A DNA stretch of 64,000 bases from Planctomycetota bacterium (lineage in GTDB: Bacteria; Planctomycetota; UBA1135; UBA2386), in NCBI GenBank assembly GCA_965223545.1, contig OZ245006.1, positions 2,080,001 to 2,144,000 of the forward strand, read 5' to 3'. This document shows positions 1 to 8,555 of this stretch, piece after piece. Made by a program: the position numbers and the translations under genes. The notes beneath the pieces were generated by a model. That model was not told where the DNA came from. It searched no databases and worked only from the letters and a program-made list of their open reading frames with translations. Position 1 is the stretch's first letter, and each line of letters opens with the position of its first letter.

Positions 1-403
1 GAGACTGACCGAGCCTGAGAGACGTCCGCAACAACTCCGCCTGCCGCGGTGCACGGACGCCAAGCCACCTCAGGGCATCCTCCAGATCGACTCCGTAATC
101 CAATGCGGAGCGGGCAGCCGCAGCGCTAGCGACCCCTCCAAGCTCGCTCCGAGCACGAGCTTCGCAGGTCCGGCGACGCTCTCCGTCGATGATGACTGAA
201 CGTAGCGCCGTCACGAGCACGGAGTAGCAGTGGTTCGCATCGCGCCAATGCTGCTGCCTTCCCAGTTGACGCACTACCGCTTCGTGTACGGCATCCTCCG
301 GTGAAACCGAGCTCACGATGCACGCCAACCGCGAGGTTGCGTGGCGGCACAGCTCCTCGTAGCGCGAGCAACACACGCGCCACGTGGTCACGTCGGGATT
401 CAT
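1..403 (-). CDS. ECF-type RNA polymerase sigma factor, TIGR02999/Sigma70_ECF-like (partial, runs off window start)
   Basis: Manual translation from ATG at 403: MNPDVTTWRVCCSRYEELCRHATSRL...PEDAVHEAVVRQLGRQQHWRDANHCYSVLVTALRSVIIDGERRR...DLEDALRWLGVRAPRQAELLR; matches the YxELRxxA / LVHEAYLRL / WxDRxHF / ILIDHARR / LDEALxxL..PRQA pattern; not in ORF track. Confidence 0.75.
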   Translation of the reverse strand, partial: MNPDVTTWRVCCSRYEELCRHATSRLACIVSSVSPEDAVHEAVVRQLGRQQHWRDANHCYSVLVTALRSVIIDGERRRTCEARARSELGGVASAAAARSALDYGVDLEDALRWLGVRAPRQAELLRTSLRLGQS

Positions 404-693
404 CGCAAAGGATTCGATTCGTGCTCAGAACGCTCTACCTGACCAAACGGTGACTTTGCGCCGTTGCGTACGCTTAAAAAATAAAAAACAGGGCCAGAAG
501 ACGCCACCTCGTCCGGTCAGTCTGAGGCATTCTCAGGTTGGCCGACACTCGCTCATGTGGTCAGCCGCGCACGCCCTCGCTGAAACGTCGCTCAAGCGGG
601 TTGCTGGGAGGTGCCTGTTGCCATGAGCGAGTCACAGCTACAGATCGACGAAGCCTCTCCATTCAGCGGGCCGGACCACCACGAGAAGGTTGC

Positions 694-1563
694 ATGACAG
701 TGATTAAGAGTGTTGCGGCCGTTTGCTTTCTTGGCATCTGTGCCTGGTTCGGTTTCGCCATACCACGCGTCACCGAGCACTCCTCGCCCGAGGATCTCTT
801 CCCAGGCTCAGCCGCAAGACGAGCGCTACTCGAGCGAGAGGAAGATCTCACCGCGAAAGTGAACCTGAAGATGCAACACATCGTCGCTCGCGCCACGGCG
901 TCTGATGCACTGCCCAGCCCGGTGCACGATGAAGACGCTGAATCAGCGGCGGACCCGGAGTGGCAAGCATTGCCGAGACTTGGCTTCTCAATAGTGGAGA
1001 CACTCCACGACCAATCGGAAAGTCTCGAGGGACGAACTCTGTTTCGGCACAAGGAACTCAATCCTCACGACCGCTTCATCTGCAAGGCCGCTCGGGATGC
1101 GTTCGACACGCTGCTAAAGAAGCGAACTGCTCTGCTCGAAACTGCGATTGACTTCCGCTCGGACCTGGCCGGCGAGGAGTTCGATCGCCTCAAGTCTCGG
1201 GGGCGTGCGCGCTTCATCAACTTCCACGAGGCGGTTGCCAGCATCCCCGCCCCTCAAAGGCAGAAATTCACGCGGGAGTGCGAAGGCGCCGCACGAGAGC
1301 GAGGGGACGAGGGCATGGCCATCATCGTCGGCCCGCTCCTTTTTCCTGGCCGCAGAATGCCGATCGTGACCAACGTTGACGGAGATCGGATCTTCTACTC
1401 GGTTCTCGAAGACCTGCCTGCGGCAAGCCAGGTGGAGGAGCTCAGAGTGCACCTGTCGATAGACCTTGCTAGCAAAGTGGTCTCATGGTTCGGAAGCACC
1501 GTCGCGCTCACGAGCGATCAACAGCAACAGATCATGAATGCACTGATCAAGAGGATTCCCTGA
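694..1563 (+). CDS. hypothetical protein with N-terminal signal/membrane anchor
   Basis: ORF 538..1563; ATG at 694 preceded by GAAGGT; N-terminus MTVIKSVAAVCFLGICAWFGFAIP hydrophobic; no recognised domain. Confidence 0.7.
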   Translation: MTVIKSVAAVCFLGICAWFGFAIPRVTEHSSPEDLFPGSAARRALLEREEDLTAKVNLKMQHIVARATASDALPSPVHDEDAESAADPEWQALPRLGFSIVETLHDQSESLEGRTLFRHKELNPHDRFICKAARDAFDTLLKKRTALLETAIDFRSDLAGEEFDRLKSRGRARFINFHEAVASIPAPQRQKFTRECEGAARERGDEGMAIIVGPLLFPGRRMPIVTNVDGDRIFYSVLEDLPAASQVEELRVHLSIDLASKVVSWFGSTVALTSDQQQQIMNALIKRIP

Positions 1564-1620
1564 ATCTCGAATCTGACGCAAACCTCTTTGCCCCCCTTAT
1601 CCTAGTCAACGGAGTACACG

Positions 1621-2091
1621 ATGCTAAGAATAGCATTCCTCGGCCTACTTGCCTTCTTGCTTGCGGCAGTGTCCGCCCCGCGCAACCTGTGTGACGGCCG
1701 GGACGCCTGCGGTCATCGTTGGGTAGCTGGAAGTGGACCTAACCAGGGTCAGCTCAACGTTGTGAACAACGGATCTCGGCGAGGGACCTGCAAGTGCGAC
1801 ACCGAGGATCTTCTATGCAAAGAAGATCCCAACAATCGGTGCTTGGCGAAGTACAAGGGCACCTACACGCCCAGCGCCGGCAAGTGCGCAAAGAACGACC
1901 TCTCGGACTGCACGTCGGGGAACGTGATCGCCACCATCTCAGCGAATGGGTGCGGCGACACGACACCGCTACAGTTTTGGGAGTGCAATTGCCCCGATGA
2001 GCTCCATGCGACGTGCTGGGAATGCTCGGTCGTAGCGTCTTTCACCGCGAAATGCGATGCGAACACCTGCGGGGCTGTCGAGTGCCCCTAG
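1621..2091 (+). CDS. secreted cysteine-rich protein (16 Cys)
   Basis: GGAG RBS upstream; signal peptide MLRIAFLGLLAFLLAAVSA; 16 Cys in the mature region. Confidence 0.8.
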   Translation: MLRIAFLGLLAFLLAAVSAPRNLCDGRDACGHRWVAGSGPNQGQLNVVNNGSRRGTCKCDTEDLLCKEDPNNRCLAKYKGTYTPSAGKCAKNDLSDCTSGNVIATISANGCGDTTPLQFWECNCPDELHATCWECSVVASFTAKCDANTCGAVECP

Positions 2092-2844
2092 CCTGAGGCG
2101 ATCGGGGGGACAATCGACGTTCCTTTCAATTCCGTGGGTAGCTGCTGCGTGAGTTTGGTGCCGAGACGCCAAGGGGCCTTGGCACGCGGCCGCTCCGGCA
2201 CCGCCGGCAGCGCGCATGGACTCAGCGCGGCCGAGGCCGCAACCAAACTCGGAGCGTTCCGCGACCCGAACGTCGGTCGCAAATCCCGCGGTCGCCGGCG
2301 GCCGCGCTGAGCCCAAAAGGCCAGTGTTGTCTTCGAGCCTCCGGGAGCTGCGTTGTCGAAACTCCAGCGGCATCGAGCCTTCCGAAAGGTTGTCGCCGCG
2401 CGAAGACTTGCGGCCCCCGAGGCTCAGCGCCCTTCCGGGGCTACTCCCTTCTCTCTGCTCCGCACCGTCGACGTAGGCCACACCATGGCGCCCGCCTCAG
2501 ATCGGCGCCGACGGGGACGAAGCGAAGGGGAGCCTTCGACATCTCCCCGGCGTACCCCGAGGCACTCCCATGCGAGAGCGACGCCTGATGGCGTCGACCG
2601 CCTCACTGGACGCTCGCCGCCTGGATGCTCGCGTCTTGCGCGCAAATCGTGCGACGGGTTGCACTGATTGGAGCAACGCCGAGGGCAAACTGCTGGACAG
2701 TTCGGCGATAAACTGGTCACCGCTTCGCATCCGCCTCGAACGCGATCGGGCGATCGCGAGCACGATCCATCCATAGGGAAGGCTTCCTGACCCTGCAACG
2801 CGACGCCCCAACGTCGACGACTCGCCGTAGCATCGCCCCCCGCC

Positions 2845-3879
2845 ATGCGATCCTCGCTCCTTCCATCGTTCGTTCTCGCCGCGGTCGCCTCCGTCGCGCC
2901 CGCGCAACCCGAGTCCGCAGTCGACGCCGTGCACGCCGCGCTGGAGGACTACCTGCGCGGCCTCTACGACGCCGCGCCCGAGCGCATCGAGCGCAGCGTG
3001 TCACCGTCGCTGCACAAGCTGGGCTTCTGGCGCGATGACGAGAACCAGCGCTGGGTGCCGGCGCCGATGAGTTACGAGCAGCTCGTGGAGCTGGCCGGCC
3101 GGTGGAATGCCGACGGCAACCGGGTCGGCGACGGCGCGGTCGGCCGCGTCGAGGTGTTCGAGGTCGCCGACGACATCGCGTGTGGGCAGATCGAGGCCGT
3201 TTGGGGCGTCGACTACGCGCAGCTGGTGCGCGAGGCCGACGGGCGCTGGCGCATCCGCCACCTCCTCTGGCAGAGCTGGCCGGACGCGCCGGGCGCGCGG
3301 ATGGCCGCCGACGCGGAAGCCGAGCGGGCGGTCGAGCGGGCCGGCTTCGACTATCTCGACGGCTTCTACCAGGCGCAGCCCGAGCTCACCGATCGCGGGG
3401 TGCACCCGGAGCTGGTCAAGGTCGGCGTGCGCCACCGGGACGGGGCGCGCGAGGAGCACCCGATGACGTTCGACGAGCTGCGGACACTGTGCGCGACCGC
3501 GTATGCCGAGCGCGAGAAGCTGACCGATCCGCCCCGCGTCGTCGAGGTGCTCGACCGCCGAACGCACATCGCCCTGGTCCGGCTGGTCGGCGTTTGGGGC
3601 TTCGACTACATGGCTCTGGCGGACGGCGAGGACGGCTGGCAGATTCGCCAGGTCGTGTGGCAGCCGCCGCCGGCGGAGCCCCCGCAGCGGCCGGTCCTCG
3701 CGATTGCCGACGCCTCCAATGCGCGCTGCCCGTTCTCGGGTGAGCCAATCGTCGCCGACGCCCTGACCCGGCGGCGCGGGCAGGTGGTCGGCTTCTGCAA
3801 GCCGGACTGCCGGGATCGCTACGCGCGCACCCCGGAGCGCTTCGCCGAGGCGGTGGCCAAGGCCGCAACGCAGCGCTGA
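2845..3879 (+). CDS. secreted protein with two tandem NTF2-like (putative lumazine-binding) domains and a C-terminal YHS-like domain
   Basis: Two repeats of DYLxGxY..PE...V.P.L.K.G / MxxxxL / VEVxx / WGxDYxxL..DGxWxIxxxxW; C-terminal CPFSGEPI...VGFCKPDC. Confidence 0.8.
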   Translation: MRSSLLPSFVLAAVASVAPAQPESAVDAVHAALEDYLRGLYDAAPERIERSVSPSLHKLGFWRDDENQRWVPAPMSYEQLVELAGRWNADGNRVGDGAVGRVEVFEVADDIACGQIEAVWGVDYAQLVREADGRWRIRHLLWQSWPDAPGARMAADAEAERAVERAGFDYLDGFYQAQPELTDRGVHPELVKVGVRHRDGAREEHPMTFDELRTLCATAYAEREKLTDPPRVVEVLDRRTHIALVRLVGVWGFDYMALADGEDGWQIRQVVWQPPPAEPPQRPVLAIADASNARCPFSGEPIVADALTRRRGQVVGFCKPDCRDRYARTPERFAEAVAKAATQR

Positions 3880-3910
3880 AGCGCCCTCCGGAGGGCGCCT
3901 CAGCGCTGCG
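3869..3910. repeat. 42-bp near-perfect palindrome (possible hairpin/terminator)
   Basis: CGCAGCGCTGAAGCGCCCTCC/GGAGGGCGCCTCAGCGCTGCG, 21-bp arms with one mismatch, spanning the stop codon of the upstream gene. Confidence 0.75.
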
Positions 3911-4091
3911 CACCGGTGTCCCGCGGGGAGGACACCGCGTCTCCCGGCCGATGCGGCGCGGCGCGGCCGGCGCCCTTCGGGCCCATCCGCGGCCGCCAAA
4001 CGCCCTTGCGAACGGCCGGCACACACCCGATGAGACCGGTATCCTTTTTGCACCTCTGCAGCCCACCACCGACCTCGTGACCTGGACTGGA

Positions 4092-6134
4092 ATGCGCTAC
4101 GCCCTGATCTCGGCCCTCGCCCTGCTGTTGTTCTGCACCAGCGACCTGACCGCGCAGCGGCGCGGCGACCCCGGCCGGAGCGCGCGCCCCGCGCCGCGAT
4201 CGACGCCCCGCGCGGCGCCGCGGCCCGCCCCGCGCTCGACGCCGCGCTCGACACCCCGGCCGACGCCGCGCGCGACGCCCCGGTCGACACCGCGATCCGA
4301 TAGCCGGTCGCGGTCGACCCCTCGTTCTACGCCCAGGTCGACACCGCGCTCCGACAGCCGGTCGCGATCGACCCCTCGCTCCACGCCCAGGTCGACTCCC
4401 CGCTCCACCCCGCGGTCGACCCCACGCGCCGACAGCCGACCGCGATCGACGCCGACACCCCGCTCGAGCCGACCCGAGCCGCGCCTCGAACGCCCGACCC
4501 CGCGCACGAACCGGGGCAGCGACCGGGGCTCGAGCCCGCGCTCGACTCCTCGCCCGCGGAGCAGCACGCCGACCAACGCCGACCGATACTCGCGCAGTCG
4601 CGGCGACCGGGGCGCCGACCGCTCTTCTCCGCGGTCGAGCCCGCGGCCCAGGTCCGGCGACCGGCCGCGCACCGAGACCCCGCGCTCGGAAGCCTCCCCG
4701 CGACCCAGCGTGCGCGAGCGATCGACCGGGCGGAGCACCGAGCCGACCCCGCGCTCCGACAGCGCGTCCGGCTTCTACCGGCGCAGCCTGCGCGACCGCG
4801 CCGACCGCGCGCGCAGCGACAGTCGACCCCGCACGGCCACGCCGCGCGCGGAGACCCCGCGCCGCGCCGACCGCGGTGGTGACGCGCGGCCGCGGACCGA
4901 CGCGCGGCCGCGGTCGAATCCCCGCAGTGACTCGACGCCGCGGGCGACGCGGCCAGGAGCCCGACCGGCGGCCCGACCCGAGGCGCGACCGGCGCCCCGG
5001 CCGCGCAGCGCGGTGCGCGATCGCTACGTCACGCCGCGCGACCGGACGCGCGCGACGGCGACACCCGTCGACGCACCCCGCCGCGCGCTGACGCCGACGC
5101 TGCAGCCGCGACCGCGGCGAGCCACCGTCGTCGACGCACGGTCGATCGACCGCGTCCGTCCCAGCGTCTACCAAGCGACCTACGCCGGCGGTGCCCGGCG
5201 CTCCTTCTACGGCCGCTCCAGCTGGTACGGACACTCGGTGTCGCTGTCGTTCTCGTTCGGCTACACGCCGCGCTGGTGCCGATGGGGTCTGTACTCCTTC
5301 CCGTTCTATTACGCGCTGCACTGGCCACGCTGGTACGGCGGCTACCGGAATGCGTACTGCTTCTCTTACGGCGCACACCACCCGTGGTACTCCGCCGAGA
5401 GCTGGTGGTGGCCGCGCTCGTACTACTGCCCCACGCTCTACACGTACTCGAGCTACGGCGGCTACGGCTATGGCTACGGCTACTCCAGCGGTTACTCGAG
5501 CGGCTATTCCAGCGGCTACGAGTCGGGCTTCTCCGAGGGCCACTACTACTCGACTTCGGTCGCCAACGGCCGCGTGGTCGCCGCTGGCGCCGAGAGTACC
5601 GAGCCCGCTCCGATCGAGGATTCCACCCTCGCACCGGCCGAGAAGTTCGTCCGCTTGGGCGACTCGTACTTCGCCAGCGAGCGCTTCGCCGAAGCGGCGG
5701 AGAGCTATCTCAAGGCGCTCGCGCTGCGGCCGGAGGACGCCACGATCCACTTGGTGCTCGCCGACGCGCTGTTCGCGACGGGCGATTACCACTACGCGGC
5801 GTACATGATCCGCAAGGCGCTCGGGCTCGATCCCGAGCTGGCGCACGCCGAGGCCGACAAGCGCACGTTCTACGAGAACCCGAAGACCTTCGAAGAGCAC
5901 CTGCAGGCGCTGCGCTCCTACCTCGACGAGCGGCCCTTCGACGCCGCCGCGCGGCTGGTGCTCGGCTACAACCTGCGGTTCTCCGGCGACCCCGAGGGCG
6001 CGCTGGCGGCGTTCCGCAGCGTGCTGGAGATCGACGGCGAAGACGCGGTGGCGAGCGCGTTCATCGCCGCCATCGAGGCCGGCGCGGGCAAGGCCGCGCC
6101 CGCCGAGCCGACGTCGCGCCGCTCGTTCGAGTAG
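4092..6134 (+). CDS. secreted low-complexity (RSTP-repeat) protein with aromatic-rich segment and C-terminal TPR domain
   Basis: Signal peptide MRYALISALALLLFCTSDLTA; (RSTP)n repeats; Y/W/G/S-rich block; TPR-like GDSYFASERFAEAAESYLKALALRPED. Confidence 0.8.
   Translation: MRYALISALALLLFCTSDLTAQRRGDPGRSARPAPRSTPRAAPRPAPRSTPRSTPRPTPRATPRSTPRSDSRSRSTPRSTPRSTPRSDSRSRSTPRSTPRSTPRSTPRSTPRADSRPRSTPTPRSSRPEPRLERPTPRTNRGSDRGSSPRSTPRPRSSTPTNADRYSRSRGDRGADRSSPRSSPRPRSGDRPRTETPRSEASPRPSVRERSTGRSTEPTPRSDSASGFYRRSLRDRADRARSDSRPRTATPRAETPRRADRGGDARPRTDARPRSNPRSDSTPRATRPGARPAARPEARPAPRPRSAVRDRYVTPRDRTRATATPVDAPRRALTPTLQPRPRRATVVDARSIDRVRPSVYQATYAGGARRSFYGRSSWYGHSVSLSFSFGYTPRWCRWGLYSFPFYYALHWPRWYGGYRNAYCFSYGAHHPWYSAESWWWPRSYYCPTLYTYSSYGGYGYGYGYSSGYSSGYSSGYESGFSEGHYYSTSVANGRVVAAGAESTEPAPIEDSTLAPAEKFVRLGDSYFASERFAEAAESYLKALALRPEDATIHLVLADALFATGDYHYAAYMIRKALGLDPELAHAEADKRTFYENPKTFEEHLQALRSYLDERPFDAAARLVLGYNLRFSGDPEGALAAFRSVLEIDGEDAVASAFIAAIEAGAGKAAPAEPTSRRSFE
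4197..4460 (+). repeat. coding tandem repeats (12-nt RSTP unit, 54-nt higher-order duplication)
   Basis: RSTPRSTPRSDSRSRSTPRSTPRSTPRSDSRSRSTPRSTPRSTPRSTPRSTPR in translation; CCGGTCGCGRTCGACCCCTCG repeated 54 nt apart. Confidence 0.8.
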
Positions 6135-6211
6135 CGCGGCGGCCGAAAGGCCCGCTGTCGGCCTCGTCCGCGTTGAGCCGGACGCGGCGGTGATGCACAA
6201 TCGCCGCCGCC

Positions 6212-7387
6212 ATGGCCAGACGCATCGACACCTACCTCCGCGGCCTCCTCCCCGAAGACAAGTTCGACTTCTACTCGGTAGTCTGCGACTTCGCCGACAA
6301 GGAGGTCGCCCCGCATCTGCTCACCTGGGAGCGGGAGCACCAGCTGGTGCCCGACGACTGCATCGAGAAGATGGGCGAGCTGGGGTTGTTCGGCCTGCCG
6401 ATCGAAGAGCAGTACGGCGGCCAGGGCGGCGACCAAACCGACCTGGTGCTGATGGGGTTGGCGCTCGGCTACCACAGCCAGTCGGTCGCGATCACGCCGG
6501 GCGCAGCGCTGTCGTTGGGTGCCAAGCCGCTGCAGCTGTGCGGCACCGACGCGCAGAAGGCCGCGCACTTGCCAGACCTCGCCGCCGGCAAGCGCATGTT
6601 CGTCTTCGGCCTCTCCGAGCCCGGTCGCGGCTCGGATGCGGCCAACCCCGAAGTCGAAGCCAAGCGCTCCGGCGATCAGTGGATCGTGCGCGGCGAGAAG
6701 TGCTGGTCGACCAACGCGGCCTGGGCGAGCCACGTGGTCGTGCACGCGCTGACCAACCCCGACGGGCCCAACGGCAAGCGCTCGACGTGCTTCGTGGTGC
6801 CGATGGACGCCGAGGGCGTGCACTACCAGGAGATGATGGGCAAGCGTGTGTGGGAGCAGTCGAGCACCGGCTCGATCGTGTTCGACAACGTAGCCATCGG
6901 TGACGACGCGATCCTCGGCGAGATCGACAACGGCTTCAAGGTGATGGTCACCACGCTCAACGGCGGCCGGCTGTTCATCGCCGGCCTGGCGCTGGCGTCG
7001 TTGGCGTTCGCCCTCGACAAGTGCCGGGTCTACGCCGAGGAACGCATCCAGTTCGACGACAAGCCGATCGGCCGCTTCCAGCGTGTGCAGGACGTGATCC
7101 TCGACATGGACATCGCCTTGGAGCGCAACGTCACGTGGTTGATGGAGCTGTGCCGCCGCTATGACCGCGGCACGTTGGAGCGCGAGCAAGCCGCCAAGGT
7201 CAAGATCGACTGCAGCCGCGTGGCGAGCGACTTGCTGGTGCAAGCGATGGAGATCTGCGGCGGCGTCGCTTGCCTCGACGAGTTCGGCTTGATCCGCCAC
7301 CACAACGACCTGTTCGTCACCCGCGTCGGCGAAGGCAGCAACTTCGCCCTCAAGGACTTGGCGGTGCGGCCGCTGCGCAGGCGCTGA
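6212..7387 (+). CDS. acyl-CoA dehydrogenase family protein
   Basis: FGLSEPGRGSD, GEKCWSTN, LNGGRLFIA, PIGRFQRVQ, RVGEGSN motifs. Confidence 0.93.
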   Translation: MARRIDTYLRGLLPEDKFDFYSVVCDFADKEVAPHLLTWEREHQLVPDDCIEKMGELGLFGLPIEEQYGGQGGDQTDLVLMGLALGYHSQSVAITPGAALSLGAKPLQLCGTDAQKAAHLPDLAAGKRMFVFGLSEPGRGSDAANPEVEAKRSGDQWIVRGEKCWSTNAAWASHVVVHALTNPDGPNGKRSTCFVVPMDAEGVHYQEMMGKRVWEQSSTGSIVFDNVAIGDDAILGEIDNGFKVMVTTLNGGRLFIAGLALASLAFALDKCRVYAEERIQFDDKPIGRFQRVQDVILDMDIALERNVTWLMELCRRYDRGTLEREQAAKVKIDCSRVASDLLVQAMEICGGVACLDEFGLIRHHNDLFVTRVGEGSNFALKDLAVRPLRRR

Positions 7388-7397
7388 CGCGGGCACC

Positions 7398-7425
7398 TTG
7401 ACAGGTGTCCTTTGCAGCGTAAAGT
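7398..7425 (+). promoter_or_regulatory. sigma70-like promoter with overlapping operator-like inverted repeat
   Basis: TTGACA (7398-7403) - 16 nt - TAAAGT (7420-7425); CTTT-N7-AAAG (7410-7424) overlaps the -10. Confidence 0.6.
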
Positions 7426-7455
7426 CGGCGGCTCTTCGAGTGCAGGAGCCGCACG

Positions 7456-8049
7456 TTGGAGCTGCAACGAGCCATCGATCAGATCTCGGCGATCCACGCC
7501 CAAGTCGCCCGCAGCGAGCTGTTCCGCGGCTACCGCGCGGTGCCCGTCGCCATCACCAGCGGCCTCGCCATCGTCACCGCAATGGCCCACGAGACGCTGT
7601 TGCGGCCGGACACCCTGAGCCACGCGCTGCTGCTGTGGTTGGGCTACGCCGCCGCGTGCGGCCTGATCTGCGGTGGCGACCTGGCGGTGCACTGCTGGCT
7701 GCGCGGCCGCGCGTTCCGCCACCAGGCCCGCTACGTGGTCGCGCAGTTCATCCCGGTCGTGATCACTGGCGGTGTGGTGACCGGCGCGCTGGCCATGCAG
7801 CACGAGGTGCGCGCGCTGCTTCCCGGCCTGTGGACGATGCTGTTCGCGCTCGGCATCTTCGCGTCCCTGCCCTACTTGCCGCGCGCCATCGGCTGGGTCG
7901 CCGCGTTCTATCTGTGCGCGGGCGCGGGCTTGTTCTTCGCGGGCCTGCAGCAACCCAGCCTCGCCCCCGCCAGCATGGGACTGACGTTTGCCTTGGGGCA
8001 AGCGGCGATCGCGCTGATCCTGCACGTCCACTTGGAGGAGGGTCCATGA
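7456..8049 (+). CDS. integral membrane protein (about 6 TM), coupled to downstream regulator
   Basis: AGGAG RBS, TTG start, MELQRAIDQISAIHAQVAR N-terminus, several hydrophobic helices; ATGA overlap with next gene. Confidence 0.85.
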   Translation: MELQRAIDQISAIHAQVARSELFRGYRAVPVAITSGLAIVTAMAHETLLRPDTLSHALLLWLGYAAACGLICGGDLAVHCWLRGRAFRHQARYVVAQFIPVVITGGVVTGALAMQHEVRALLPGLWTMLFALGIFASLPYLPRAIGWVAAFYLCAGAGLFFAGLQQPSLAPASMGLTFALGQAAIALILHVHLEEGP

Positions 8050-8453
8050 GCCCTCGCAAGGTGCGCCCGCGCAAGACCGCCGATGCCGGCGCGTACGCGT
8101 ACGCCGGCCTGGACCGCGTCCTCCACGAGAAGGCGCGGCTCGGCATCCTCACCGCTCTCCTGACGCGTGCCGACGGCATCCTGTTCACCGATCTCAAGGA
8201 CCTGTGCACGCTGACCGACGGTAACCTCAGCCGGCACGTGCAGGTCCTACAGGAGGCGAGGCTGGTCGAGATCTGGAAGGGACACGAGGGCCGCCGCCCG
8301 CAGACCCTGATCCGACTCACCGGCCACGGCCGCGAGCAGTTCACGGCCTACCTGGCCGAGCTCGAGCAGGTCATTCGCGACGCGCGGCGCGGGTCGAAGG
8401 CCCAGCGATCCGACTCCGAGTTCGACGCACCCCCGGGCTGGGTGCCGGCCTGA
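8046..8453 (+). CDS. winged-helix transcriptional regulator (HTH_34, ArsR/MarR-like)
   Basis: LDRVLHEKARLGILTAL...FTDLKDLCTLTDGNLSRHVQVLQEA...RPQTLIRLTGHGREQF; GGAGG RBS. Confidence 0.9.
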   Translation: MSPRKVRPRKTADAGAYAYAGLDRVLHEKARLGILTALLTRADGILFTDLKDLCTLTDGNLSRHVQVLQEARLVEIWKGHEGRRPQTLIRLTGHGREQFTAYLAELEQVIRDARRGSKAQRSDSEFDAPPGWVPA

Positions 8454-8555
8454 CGAGCGCGCGGACGCGGGCTCAGCGCCGCGGCGTTGTCGCCATGGCC
8501 GCGGCGTCGCCTCGCGAATGTTGTCGCCGCTCGACGATTCTCGGCCCCGGACGCT

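Noticed and set aside
126..383. 85-aa minus-strand ORF in the track
   Set aside because: The overlapping frame starting at 403 gives a recognisable ECF sigma factor
2091..2844. Several 64-170 aa ORFs in the intergenic gap
   Set aside because: No convincing RBS, motif or codon bias; treated as non-coding
4197..4460. Short repeats as a possible CRISPR array
   Set aside because: In-frame coding repeats with synonymous variation, no unique spacers, no cas genes
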